DNA of 64,000 bases from Octopus vulgaris (Eukaryota), in contig OX597814.1 of NCBI GenBank assembly GCA_951406725.2, forward strand, positions 63,736,001 to 63,800,000. Direction: 5' to 3'. The notes under the pieces were generated by a model. That model worked only from the letters and a program-made list of their open reading frames with translations. It had not been told where the DNA came from and ran no database searches. Position numbers and translations under genes: made by a program. Shown here one piece after another: positions 39,143 through 52,014 of the stretch (the first letter of the stretch is position 1; every line of letters starts with the position of its first letter).

Positions 39143-41123
39143 ATGAGCAAAGAAAAAACAAGGTTGTACCAGCAAAAATTCCGAAAGGAATGGCTTAAGA
39201 TGCCAGCGTTTACTAAGTGGTTGTTTTAAGTACCTAGTGACCAGTCTGAAGCAAATTGCAGATATTGCAGATGTAAAATGTTGGCAAAGTATTCTCTTTT
39301 AGTAAGCCACCGTGATGCTTAGAAACACAAAGCATCAACTCCACAGCAAATGATTCCTCTTACTAATTTTATTAAAACCAAAAATGACAAGACATCTAAG
39401 CTTGAAGCAAATTTAGCAATGTTTATTTGTTACCACTCATCATTTAATAGCTGTGATCACTTAATAGAGTTATGTAAGAATTATATGTCCGATAGTGATA
39501 TTACATCCAAAGTGAAGTACAACAGGTATAAAATGTGCAAATGTCGTGAGAAATGTTCTAGCTCCATATTTTGATGGAGATTTGATTTCTGATATAAGAG
39601 ATAGAAAATTTAGCCTATCATTACATGAATCCAATTATATATCGATAAACAGGTTGTTAGGAATTATTATCATATATTATTGTGACACTCACAAAAAAAG
39701 TGGTACATATATATCTCAGTAGGGTATCTTTAGAAACATGTGATGCAGATGGCATTGTAGATGCCTTAAAAATTGAATTAGTGAAAAAAGTAATTAGATA
39801 TAAAAAATTTACTAGCTGTAGGAACCGACAATGCAAGAGTAATGATAGGAGTCAACAATGGTGTTTTTCAGAAATTAAAAGAAGTCCCATCATTACTTCT
39901 ATTTAGATGTGTATGTCATTCTTTACAGTTGGCAGTATCCCACACTTGTATTGAATGCTTGCCCAAAAATTTAGAATTTTTAGTATCCGAAACCTATAAA
40001 TCGTCCTCTCATTCTTCAACAAAACAACGTGTCTACAAACAACTTTACCTTGCTATAAATGATAAAGAGACTTTGAAGATCGTGAATTCTTGTACAACTA
40101 GGGGGCTGTCAATAAAACCAGCGGTAAATAGAATTGTAAGGCAATGGTTTGAATTGCGAACTCACTTCCAAAGTACAACAATAGAAGGAAAATGCTTTAC
40201 AGCACAAACGTTACATGAAATGTGTTGTGATTCTAGGAATGAACTGTACCTTTTATTTTTGCATCCAATTTTAAAACATGTTGAGGAAGTGAATAAACTG
40301 TTTGAATCAAACACTGTTGACAAAACAAAATTACTTCAAGATCTTTCAAATTTGATCAAATCTGTTGCTAATATGATAGTGTTGCCAATATGTAGAATTG
40401 ATCCTCTTGATCCGGATGCTTCTATTGAAAAATTTCTGGATCCTAAACCAAATTTAGGCTACAAGCTCGAGAGAAAGATAGCAGAAATGATTATCAAGAA
40501 GACTGTAACAGTCACCGAAGAAAATAATATTCGCAAAAGAGCACAACAATTTTTACTCTACCTATATAAAGAGCTCAAGCACCATTTACCAAGAAATATT
40601 AATATACTGAGGAATATCAAATGTTTTTCAGTAGAGAATATTTTGCAGCATTTCAAACAGCCAATTTTACCTTAGAAGCAATGCATTTAAATGAAGAAAA
40701 AGTTGCTTCAATTGAAATTCAGTTTAATAGCATTCATTTAGTTAAATGGACAAATACGTCTATTACTGAGGCATTCTGGCTGGAAGTCTTGGAATATAAA
40801 GATGCTACTGGTGGAAATCCTTTTAGAAATGTTGCAAAATTTTCCATTAATCTATTGACATTGCCAAACTCAAATGCAGAAGTTGAACGGTTGCTCCGTA
40901 GTATGGGCGTAATGAAATCAAAATGAATCTTCCTATGCTTAGATCAATACTCCCTATAAAATATCGCCTGAAAAGATATGGCAAATGTTGCAAAAACTTA
41001 GATATTCCAAAACACATAATTAACAAGATTGGGACCTTGAATGTATACAGAGGTCATGACCTAGGCACTGCAGCTGAAAGTGATCAAATCAGTGAAATTC
41101 AAGAAATTATTTCTCACTTTTGA
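39143..41123 (+). pseudogene. hAT-superfamily transposase (ZNF862-like type), multiply frameshifted
   Basis: MSKEKTRLYQQKFRKEWL..CRYCRC (Zn finger), GTDNARVMIGVNNGVFQKLK, RCVCHSLQLA (CxxH) and LPNSNAEVERL (hAT dimerisation motif), spread over ORFs 39350, 39682, 39842, 40621 and 40923. Confidence 0.9.
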
Positions 41124-41184
41124 ATATAATTAAAAAAGTAAAAGAAATATAAATAAAAAATAATCTTTTTGATATATTTAGTCT

Positions 41185-41282
41185 TTAGCATTTTTTGTCA
41201 TGCTTAGCATTTTTTAGCATTTTTTCGGTATTTTTACTCCTGAAATTTAGCATAAAATTCTGATTTTAGGTTGGCAACTCTG
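41185..41282 (+). mobile_element. hAT right end: TTAGCAT(TTTTT) subterminal repeats and TIR GGTTGGCAACTCTG
   Basis: Four TTAGCAT motifs, then a TIR whose reverse complement begins CAGAGTTGCC. The left TIR is unclear (weak candidate CAGGGTTGA at 38703). Confidence 0.7.
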
Positions 41283-41399
41283 CAACATACAGATCAGTTA
41301 TTTCTACTTTCTAGTCTCAGTTTAAACTTACCATTTAAAACCAAACCCTAGATACATGCAGCGGAGAGAAATGGAATTTTGAAACGGCAACTATAACAT

Positions 41400-41860
41400 T
41401 GATGTATAGACAAAAAAATGATAAACTATATATAGTTGGGAACAATGAAGTACGTAGCGGAAGGCTATGTCTGTTTCAACAAAGCTCTTCACCTTCTAAC
41501 ATAGCCGACATAACCCAAGAATGGATGTCGGACAATCTATAAGACTATGTAACACCAAACTTGTGGGCTCTAAACTGGACAGATTTCCATACATTACTAT
41601 GCGTAGAGCGTTGTTGAAAGGAAGTCTCATCGACATCCTCACTGGAGGCCGCCATTGTCCGAAATGAATAAGAAGCTTTTAGTGTAGGCTTTTCAACGAT
41701 TCCAGTCTCGCATTGAAGTAGTCATTGAAGCTGAAGGTAGATATGTAGAAATAATCTCATAAAATTCTTATAGGGAAAATGTGAGCAAATTTTTATCAAT
41801 GTATATTCGGTTTCAAGGGCCAAATGTGTCCTCAAAAATCTGTCGAACTCTCTATATGTA
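41400..41860 (+). pseudogene. Decayed Tc1/mariner-superfamily transposase C-terminal fragment
   Basis: QQSSSPSNIADITQEWMSDNL*DYVTPNLWALN..YYA*SVVERKSHRHPH..RFQSRIEVVIEAEGRYVE. Confidence 0.7.
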
Positions 41861-42460
41861 CAGCGGTAAAAATATCAATAGATATGTATACACTCATTTA
41901 TCAACGAACATACCTATCATTAGGCTTGTATAACACATGTAAAATTGTCTCATCCTATCACCGATTAATCATATCGTTCCTACCCTCTTTCATTACCATT
42001 CTTTGAGTTGAAGTTCCCGACGAAATGCTCTTTCACAGTAAACTTTAAATCCTTGAATGTTCAATCATCTATAACTAACAACAAACGAAGACTATAGTCA
42101 CAAAATGTTCTAGGCTTCGGCTATCCCTTCGTATCATTTGAACAAGAAATATTAACACACTTGCTTACTGCTCCAACCCTGTAAATGTTATACAATACGA
42201 AACTCAATTTTAAAATTTTATCAGTGGCATTTCAAGTCACGTATTTAACCAGACATGAATAAATAATAAACTGTCATTCCAAATACAAGTATACACACAC
42301 AAAAAAGAAAAACGTAGTCATATATGTATGGATATACATAAACTACACATTCATACATATACACACATAATTAAAAAAATATAATAAGGTCGATTAGAAC
42401 ACGAAGAAACTAGTGACGCCCAGCGTCAGAAAACAGTATTACAAATAGTTCGGAGAATAT

Positions 42461-42495
42461 GTCAAACATTTCGGGGACGACCTTTCGTCGGAGAG
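42461..42495 (-). ncRNA. Decayed minimal hammerhead-like motif in a probable pLTR relic (~42370-42660)
   Basis: Minus: CTCT-CCGACGA-aaGGtcgtcCCC-GAAA-TG-TT. Same layout as 33770 and 63893. Confidence 0.35.
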
Positions 42496-42676
42496 AAGAG
42501 AAATGTCAATTGATTTTTGAAAGATAGATAAATCAGGATTAGAGTCGGAGAGAGAGAGGGGAGAAAGAGGAGTTAAGGAGAGGACGAAGTATTAAGCGCG
42601 TTAGGGGAGGGAAGAAATAAAACTCGGAGAGCGGTAGAGTGTAACGATATCGAGGTGATATAATACATGCAAGCAC

Positions 42677-42754
<78 letters not shown>

Positions 42755-42769
42755 ATACACACACACACA

Positions 42770-44088
42770 CGAGAGGGTATCAAAAAGTTTCCGGACTAGT
42801 TCTGTAGCGCACTAACAGATGCCAGTACAGAGTTTCGTGCGCAGTGAGGGTTAGCAGTGATCTTCATGAGACAGTGTGTCGAGTGACATTGCTGTGTTTA
42901 CTTCACAAGTTCTAAAATTTGTCTTTTTGTGATTGTGTGTATGCTGTAATCTGCGATTTTTGTCATGGATAAAAAAAGAGAGCCAACGTGAAATTTGGTG
43001 TTGAAATTGGGAAGTCTACTACAGAGACATTGATCATACTTCGGTGAGGTTACAGCAACATGGTAAAGGGTAGTAAGCAATGTTTCGAGTGGCACATGTG
43101 CTTCAAAAGAGGAAGAACAGCCCTGGAAGACGATGAGCGATGTCGAAAACCTGCTACGAGCATCACCCCCGGGAATGTGGTATTTTACTCTTTTACACCT
43201 TTCAGTCATTTGACTGCGGCCATGCTAGAGCATTACCTTTAGTCGAATAAATCGAACCCAGGACTTATTCTTTGTAATCCTAGTGTTTATTCTACCGGGG
43301 TCTTTTGCCGAAATGCTAAGTTAGGGGACGTAAACACACCAACGTCGGTTGTCAATCGATGGTGGGGCACACAAATAGACACAAAGAAACACACACATAA
43401 ATACACACACACACACACATATATATATATACAGATACACGACGGGCTTCTTTTAGTTTCCGTCTACTAAATCCACTCACAAGGCTTTGGTCGGCTTGAG
43501 GCTATAGTAGACGACACTTGCCCAAGTTGCCAAGCAGTGGGACTGAACCCGGAACCATGTGGTCGAGAAACAAGCTACTTACCACACAGCTACGACCAAA
43601 CCGACAAACGAAATTTCAACTGTGATGTTTTGAAGCGTTTGTCTGTGTGTGTGGAGGGGGCCATTCGGCGAAAGTGATCGCATCTGTGAAGCGCGAAGCA
43701 TTGGATTCTTCACAACGATAATGGACCCTGTCACCGAATTCCCTTCACTCGTGAATTTTTCGCAATAAACAACATTGTATCGTTCCCGCACCCGCACTGT
43801 TCACCGGATTTACCACCTGCAGATTTCCATCTTTTCTCCAAGATGATAAATGCATCTCAAAGGTCATTGTTTTAACACCGTTATCGAGATTCCAGACCAA
43901 ATCACAGAAAGTCCTCGACTCGCTTACGGTAAAGGCTTCCAGGCCGGATTCGAAAAGTGGCAGAAACTCAGAGACCGGTGTATAACTGCGCAAGGTGACT
44001 ATTTCGAAGGAGATGTTGTAAAAACATAGGTAAATATGTTATTTCTTATTAAACATAACTAGCTCAGGAACCTTTTGATACTATCTCG
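42770..44088 (+). mobile_element. Mariner-type DNA transposon relic with both TIRs, internally deleted and interrupted by a SINE
   Basis: TIRs CGAGAGGGTATCAAAAAGTTTCCGGACTAG / CTAGCTCAGGAACCTTTTGATACTATCTCG. Peptides FEWHMCFKRGRTALEDDERCRKPATS, LHNDNGPCH and HCSPDLPPADFHLF. Confidence 0.88.
43183..43592 (-). mobile_element. Full-length OR-like SINE nested in the mariner relic
   Basis: Collinear reverse complement of 7624-7980 and 44660-45040. Confidence 0.92.
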
Positions 44089-44476
44089 TTTAACACAAAT
44101 GATAGGACGGTAAATGGTATGCACGGGAAACTTTATTGCTCACAATGATTGTTTCGCCACATCCTGCATCGATATATTATGTTACTTGCATTTGTTTGTA
44201 CGTAAAAAACGTACTTAAATTCATAATTACGGTCTCTAGTATCTAACTAGCATCATGTTCCCAAAGTCACAAACTTCACCACTACCAGAATCTGAATTTA
44301 AGCACGCAACGGCGTTCGTGACCGTTTCTAACTAGTAACAACCTTTAGGTCCAGATCAGTGAATGGAGAAAGTTATGTAAGATTCAATCTTACCTTACAA
44401 AATTGGGCGTATTCATGTTGGGTTAGGGTTAGAGTTAAATTATATGTAATACGTTAAATGCCTTTATAAAAATAAT

Positions 44477-44585
44477 AATAAAGCATTCTAAATAAATAGA
44501 AATCATAATTAATAACTATCATAACTTATAACTATCAGTAAAATATATATAAAAATAATAATATTTCAGCAACAATAATTATAAC

Positions 44586-44650
<65 letters not shown>

Positions 44651-45286
44651 TAGTAGTAGTAAGTAGCTTGTTTACCAACCACATGGTTCTGGGTTCAGTT
44701 CCACTGCGTGGCACCTTGGGCAAGTGTCTTCTACTATAGCCTCGGGCCGACCAAAGCCTTGTGAGTAGATTGGGTAGACGGAAACTGAAAGAAGCCCGTC
44801 GTATATATGTATATATATGTGTGTGTGTGCGTGTATGTTTGTGTGTCTGTGTTTGTCCCCCCAGCATTGCTTGACAACCGATGCTGGTGTGTTTATGTTC
44901 CCGTCACTTAGCGGTTCGGCAAAAGAGACCGATAGAATAAGTACTGGGCTTACAAAGAATAAGTCCCGGGATCGAGTTGCTCGATTAAAGGCGGTGCCCC
45001 AGCATGGTCGCAGTCAAATGACTGAAACAAGTAAAAGAGTAAACCCATTACAATTCAAAAGCCAAATAATATTTATAAGCAAAAACCGTTACTTAGCTTT
45101 ACGATGAAAATAATATAACTGAATTTTAAACGTAAAAATATATATACATAGGATTTTGCTTATAAATATTATTTGGCTTTTGAATTGTATTTGATTATTA
45201 TTATTGTTGTTGAAGTATTATTTTTATATATATTTTATTGATAGTTATAAGTTATGATATCTATTTATTTAGAATGCTTTAGTATT
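44477..45286. repeat. Fold-back inverted repeat whose left arm is interrupted by (AAT)n and a SINE
   Basis: 44480-44585 pairs with 45193-45281 (AAAGCATTCTAAATAAATAGA..TATCATAACTTATAACTATCA). 45049-45087 pairs with 45151-45189 (TACAATTCAAAAGCCAAATAATATTTATAAGCAAAA). Confidence 0.88.
44658..45040 (+). mobile_element. OR-like SINE, young and slightly 5'-clipped
   Basis: Near-identical to 7624-7980, and includes the CTGGGCTTACAAAGAATAAGTCC segment missing there. Confidence 0.92.
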
Positions 45287-45335
45287 ACATACAATTTAAT
45301 TTGAGAATTAGTTTCTTTCACCTTCTCTCTCTCTA

Positions 45336-45366
<31 letters not shown>

Positions 45367-45372
<6 letters not shown>

Positions 45373-45668
45373 ATCACGTGACCGACCAGACCATCAGATG
45401 TTGTTACACATCGCTGGTCACAATGCGCTCGCATTGTTTTAGCCTTCGAATGACGCCACCCCGCTGGCTAAGCGAGCAGGCCAACAGAAGAAAGAGTGAG
45501 AGAAAGAGTGGTGAAAGAGTACAGCAGGGATCACCACCCCCTGCCGGAGCCTCGTGGAGCTTTTAGGTGTTTTTGCTCAATAAACACTCACAACGCCTGG
45601 TCTGGGAATCGAAACCGCGAACATACGACCGCGAGTCTGCTGCCCTAACCACTGGGCCATTGCGCCTC

Positions 45669-45669
<1 letters not shown>
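45367..45669 (-). mobile_element. Second tRNA-derived SINE family, full length
   Basis: Minus head GGAGGCGCAATGGCCCAGTGGTTAGGGCAGC..GGTTTCGATTCCC, end GGTCGGTCACGTGA. Second copy at 53546-53830. Confidence 0.9.
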
Positions 45670-45701
<32 letters not shown>

Positions 45702-45738
45702 GCATATATATATATGCATGTGTGTGTGTGTGTGCGTT

Positions 45739-45781
<43 letters not shown>

Positions 45782-46004
45782 GTGTGTATGTATATTTATC
45801 TGCGTATAGCCACATGTTTTCTCACTTTATTCACAGCTCTAGTTATCTGTGCTTTAATATTGTACTGGTCTGCTGATTGCCAATCTGGCTAAAATACTTA
45901 TGAACAACCTTAGAATGTATGCATATCATTTGTTATATATAGAGAGCTTTGGTTTACGTGAAATTATCTCTATCAACATATTTCTAGGATATATATATAT
46001 ATAC

Positions 46005-46162
46005 ACGACGGTCTTCTTTCAGTTTCCGTCAGCTAAATCCACTCAGGAGCTTTGGTTGGCCCGAGGCTATAGTTGAAGGAACTTGCCCAAGGTTGTACAT
46101 AGTGGGACTGAACTTGGAAACATGTCATTGGGAAGCAAACTTCTTACCACACAACCACGCTT
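46005..46162 (-). mobile_element. OR-like SINE head half, decayed
   Basis: CTTCTTTCAGTTTCCGTC..CACTTGCCCAAGG..CTTACCACACAACCAC. Confidence 0.8.
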
Positions 46163-46166
46163 ACAC

Positions 46167-46235
<69 letters not shown>

Positions 46236-46820
46236 GTATGTAAAAATTAGAAAAAACACCTTTTATGAATTCAAAATGAACAATTAAATTACACCATCTA
46301 GAAAATTACATATAATAGAAATATTTAAAATAAAATAACAATAATATACTATTATTATTATTATTTTATTTTTAATAAGAAGATATCCCCCCACACACAC
46401 ACACTCAAACAAACTAACACACATATTCAGTTATATATATGAAAGCATAAAAGCATATCTGATGCTCGTAAAGAAGTATAAATTTGTGGGAAGTATCATA
46501 AATTCACTAATTGATTTATCTGCTTGTCTTTTCAGCAGTAGTCATAGTTAACTCTGGCCTCTCTGCCCATTGACCCTGCGGAAAATCGAGGATGTGAGAG
46601 CTTCACTAGCACTCGACTGGTACACAGCTTAATCTATGTAGGCTGGGGCAACTTGAATAGCCCTGCTTTTTGAACACAAGGCAGCTCCTGGTTCAGGAGA
46701 CGTAGGCATGGACTTGTGAAGTCATTAACCATAATATCTTACTTCACTATGTGATATATGTGTGTGTAAGTGTTTGTATATGTGTGTGTGTCTGTGAGTA
46801 TGTATACATGTATACATATG

Positions 46821-46854
<34 letters not shown>

Positions 46855-47499
46855 CACACTAACACACATACCTATATGTATAGACAAAGAAGCACGAGGC
46901 TTTCGTGTAAGTTACGTAAAATAAACCAGAACTGAAAACACACACGCACACACACACCCTTAATCACACGCAAGCAAGAAAGCACGCAGGCGCGTGCAAG
47001 TACAGAGGCACATCTGCACACGCATAAACACGCACACACCATTCTCTTTAAAAAAAACACATTAAGATAACAAATATTCCTCTGTCGGCCTGTTGCCAAA
47101 ATCGAGGAAACGAAATAAATAGCCGACAGTCTATCCTCTTGTATTTTGTAATTCATCCAAGAAACAGTGTACCATATAACTAAACGGCTACGTTTTCTGT
47201 GAAAAATATTATGTCTAAGTGTCTGCCTCATTGGAAAATTAGTCCACAATAAACGCATATATAATTTTATACTTTCTTTATTGAATCCATGCATAATTGA
47301 TGTATAATAGTTCGGGCATGAAATCTCTTTACGGTTGTAGTAGCGAGTAAGTATAGCGAGTAAATATTATACAAGTGCTAACGTATACGTATAGACAGTG
47401 ACTGTTATGCATAATGTACGTGTTTGTGGGTAAGGGTAATTTTGTGTTAGGGTGCTTGAGTGTATGTATGTAGATAAACTCACGGAAACATTCACTTTC

Positions 47500-47688
<189 letters not shown>

Positions 47689-47869
47689 TACACGATCTGT
47701 GAGTATATGCATGTTTGCAAGCATATACTTATGTATCAGTATCATATGTTTATGTACGTACATACATAAATATGTGCACACCTACATATAAATATATACT
47801 TATATTTGTGTAACATATGAACACACACACTCATACACACACGCACAGGCACACACCCACATTTCTTCA

Positions 47870-48135
47870 CCTTTTGAAGAAATTTAGTGGAACGAATTGA
47901 CCCCAATACTTATTTTTTAAAGCCTGGTACTTATTCTAGCGGTATAATTTGCCGAACTGCTAAGATTTAAGTGACATAACGACCCTCAACACCAGTTGTC
48001 AAGCAGTGGTGGTGGGAGACATACTTGGACATAAATACACACTCATGCACATATATACAGACAGCAGGCTTCTCAAAGTTTCCATCTACTAAATCAACCC
48101 ACAAAGGCCAACCTTATAAGTAGAAAACACAGACT
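47870..48135 (-). mobile_element. OR-like SINE, older decayed copy
   Basis: AAGCCTGGTACTTATTCTA..TTTGCCGAACTGCTAAG..GTTGTCAAGCAGTGG. Confidence 0.7.
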
Positions 48136-48647
48136 CAAGTACAAGGAAAAACAATATAAATATTAATCTATCTCTCCTTAGTATAACTTCCTCACCCCTT
48201 TAATAATGACAGTTCTTTCAACTATGAACCTAATTTAGAATACAGAGGGCATAAATACTTAATCCCTCACAATTACCACACCCCCACAAGAGAGCCTGTA
48301 CCTGTCATTTCAGCAACGGCTTTATTTGCAACCATGGGTTAGCTTGTTTGAATTAATTTAATTTCATTTAGGATCTAACTTTCAGTCAGCGTATTGGTCT
48401 AGTTCCATTTATTTTTGACCCCATTAGATTTACTCATTTAAGACCCCACCCCGTATAACATAATTTAACAACTTAATATTAACTGCACACATCTGTAGAT
48501 TGTACTTCCTTGAACTTGGTACTGCAGTATGTACTTTCCTATGAACTATTATTGCCCTTAGGCATATTTTGTATGAATGGAAGTGTAATTTTGTGGTAGG
48601 CCCCATATGGATGCACTTAAGGAAGGGTTGATAATAATAACAATATA

Positions 48648-48742
<95 letters not shown>

Positions 48743-48849
48743 TGTCTTAAGTATGATTTAACAAACTACAGTAGGACCTTGTGTTGTAACCATAAGAGTA
48801 ATTAGCAAGTGTTTAATTGTAATCGTTTAATTAATTTGGCATTTTGTGC

Positions 48850-49230
48850 TTATGCTTTCCCGTAGGTCCACTTTGTTGTTGTTGGCTTCCTTTTGTCTCG
48901 GGTGACAATGGAGCGCATAAAATAATCCACTCTGGTTTTTTGCGCCGGCCTGTAAGAAAATCATGGGTAGCCCAATCGTCAGGTTTCCGCTCTCGACTTT
49001 GCTGACGTTGTCGAAAGGAGTGCAGAGTATTACGTTCGGAATCATCTTGGTTGCAGGAGCTGCCGGAAGAGTGTCGAGTGGAACACTAAAACGCCTACGT
49101 GGCTCCACTCCAGATTTCCTTGAAGGTTATCTCCTTTCCATAACCCTGGATAGGAGGCTCATACACGGTACGAGCCCAGGACTCGTGTCAGGCAGAGACG
49201 TCACTCCTTGAAGTAGTGAAGAAAATCGCT
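48850..49230 (-). mobile_element. Probable RTE-clade LINE 5'UTR fragment
   Basis: GC-richer island. Minus strand CTTCCGGCAGCTCCTGCAACCAAG..CCGAACGTA resembles RTE/BovB 5'UTR motifs (from recall). Confidence 0.45.
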
Positions 49231-50231
49231 ACCCACTAGGCTGAATGTATTTAGGAATGTTTAGACAATTGCTGTTTATCTTGTAAGACCACCGTTTGGG
49301 ACTGTGGTGGCTATTTCAGAAGATAGATTGATTATATAATTGAAGGTCAATGATTTAGCCATTACTTCTCCTTAACGGTAGTCTCCCCTTAACCATAGTA
49401 CTTTCTGTCGCACGGTGTTTGTTTACATGTTTGGTTGGTTTATTTATAATGTCATAAGCGTCTTGGACCACTTATAACATATACTATTTAGATTTCATTT
49501 ACTTTTTTTTATTTACTTCTATATTTACATCTACGCTTATAACGGTCTTAATAGCTTGCCCTTTGGTTTTTAAATTTAACTGAGCAATTATATTGATGGC
49601 TGAACTTTGGTCAATCCAATTACGGACAATAGGTGCTTGGTCTTTATATTATATCATAAGTATATTAATGTAATTAATTTATGGGCACGTTATTTGGATA
49701 AATATTAAATAGCACTATTTACGAAATCTTAAGTGCCATTCTTTTTCTAGACCTATTGGCGAATCCCGTTATACTAACGTACTTATTTCATTTTTTACTT
49801 TTTACACACCCTGTTACCCCTAAAGAAATGTTAACCCACTAATTTATTTTCTAGTTTAGTCATTTGCTCAACGACTTGAAGCGTCACACTGCAAAATGGT
49901 ATGATTCCAATATATTGAGCCACCTTTCTTCATGTGAGTATAATTGCATATTATGTTGATAAAGAAACAATTGTTCAGTATTAATCTATCTTTTCGTTGT
50001 ATTTCGCTTCCTTTACGTTGAGGGTAATGTTATTTCTTCTGTGGAAACAACTTCGGTGGCTATACCAGAATAAGGAGCTATTTCTAGCACTAGAGTTAGC
50101 CACTTAACGTTAACTCTCTTATATTTACGTATAAATTTGTACTGTCTCCCTGGTTTCTATGTGCTAGGCCACTTGGTGTTAAACTGACGGTATTATTAAA
50201 TTAATATCTAATTTTTCACCCTCATTTATGA

Positions 50232-50333
<102 letters not shown>

Positions 50334-50394
50334 CTTTAATAATAATTATAATCTATAAGGTTTTTTTTCTTCCACTCTGTGTATATATAATATT

Positions 50395-51640
50395 AGAAGA
50401 AAACGCAAAAACCAACCAGGGCAGAACAAATATCTCGTCATTTACAATAATTCAATTAAGGTGAATTTGAAGTCTTACAGCCGTTTCAGGGATAACCCAA
50501 GTAGTAGGCTAGAATGTCCACGCACTGGGTATACCGTCATCAGAGACAAGGTATGAAATTTCTAGGCAGTGAAATTTAGAGTTTACAAAGAATAAAACAG
50601 AAGAATAAAAGAATAAACAGAAGAATAAAGAGTAAATGTAATTAGAAAAATACAGGCGGGTGAATAACGTTAACAACTCATCGTTTGTTAAGGGATATGG
50701 ATGTTGGTCAGAACTTACATGAAGTTAAAGGTCCATGTTAAAATCCTAGGTAAATCCAAGTGGTATTTTCGCAGTATTTTGAATAACGTATTTATATTGA
50801 AGCGATAGATAGTATGTAAACGTGTATGTAGAGCGTGATAGTAAGATAGACATAAATGGGTTTTGTGAGTGGGTGTATATGGGAAGAAAAAGAGAGAAAG
50901 AGAAAGAAGAGAAAGGAATAAAAATAAGATATGGTAAAATGGGTAAAAAATAAAAATGAAATAAAGGTAATGTTTGAGATACGTCGGTATTGCATCAGGG
51001 TGAGAGGTCAAACGTTAAAGTTTCAATAAAGTGCGGGTGGACGGCCAATCTATGTAAGATTACAAAGAACAATAATTTAGTGGTTAGTACAGATATCTAA
51101 AAGTATATTTCAAGCTTAATAAGAATTAAATGATATAAGTTAAAGGATTAAGGATTAAAGTTAAAACTTAAATCAAAATTAAAAGCTAATACTTAAAATT
51201 ATAAACTAAGAGCACTAAAAATTATTGAATTGGAACTAGCTAACTTCTCAGATACTTATGTTGATAGAGAGGTAGAGAAAAAGGAAAAGGAAAAAAAATT
51301 CGTACATATATTGTTACAACCGTGTATGGACATATGCACGTTTTATGCATGTTAATGTTGTTTACATTTGGACCGATGGTGCGATAGAACTTATGATGAC
51401 ATGTAGCGAAACCTTTGTGCTGTTTATTTAGTAATTGCGGTGAATTATTTATTAATATTTGGAGGTCTTCTTTTACGCATAGTCCACATGTGGATCGCTG
51501 GTCTTTGCATGGCAAACCTCTTTCCTCAAAATCATATTATATTTCGGCCTATATTATTATAGACCGTCTGAGGTGTGAAATTTTGCGTGCATTTAATTTC
51601 AACTATTCTCATTTATAAGTGTATTGCTTATTACCAGGTA
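50395..51640 (-). mobile_element. 5'-truncated PLE (GIY-YIG tail + pLTR), same family as 21530-23060
   Basis: ORF 51240-51515 STCGLCVKEDLQILINNSPQLLNKQHKGFATCHH. The pLTR aligns with 21540-21960. Confidence 0.85.
50472..50547 (-). ncRNA. Type I hammerhead ribozyme
   Basis: Minus: GTCT-CTGATGA-cGGtATACCCA...TGGGTTATCCct-GAAA-CGGCTG-TA-AGAC. Confidence 0.78.
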
Positions 51641-51822
51641 AACTAATACTGACTCTTCAAAGAATACTTCAAAATTAACTAAAAGAGCAGTTACTGTTTA
51701 TATCTCGCTCAGAGATTTGTTATTCTTTTCGAAGGGATTTTCTACGCTAGTGACTGTGGTTACTGTGAAAATCTATATATCCAGCCTGTAGAGAGAGTCC
51801 CTCAACGAAGAGCGGTGCTTAC

Positions 51823-51865
51823 CATACGTTGACAAGAGGCAATAACCTCGAAACCGGTCCGTGTG
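51823..51865 (+). ncRNA. Minimal hammerhead-shaped motif (core TTGACAA) in a GC-rich island 51785-52013
   Basis: CATACG-TTGACAA-GAGGcaataaCCTC-GAAA-CCGG-TC-CGTGTG. 6-bp stem I, 4-bp stem II, palindromic stem III. Confidence 0.65.
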
Positions 51866-52014
51866 TAGTATCCGTATCTTCGGGGAGGCTGATCTCCCTT
51901 TGCAAGCTGGCAAGGACACCGAGATGGTGTCAGCTCTTCTGGTGACGTTGATGTTCGCTTGGGGCTAAATGCATCAGTAACACCCCCACCACCCCGCCCC
52001 GACCCTAGCCACAC

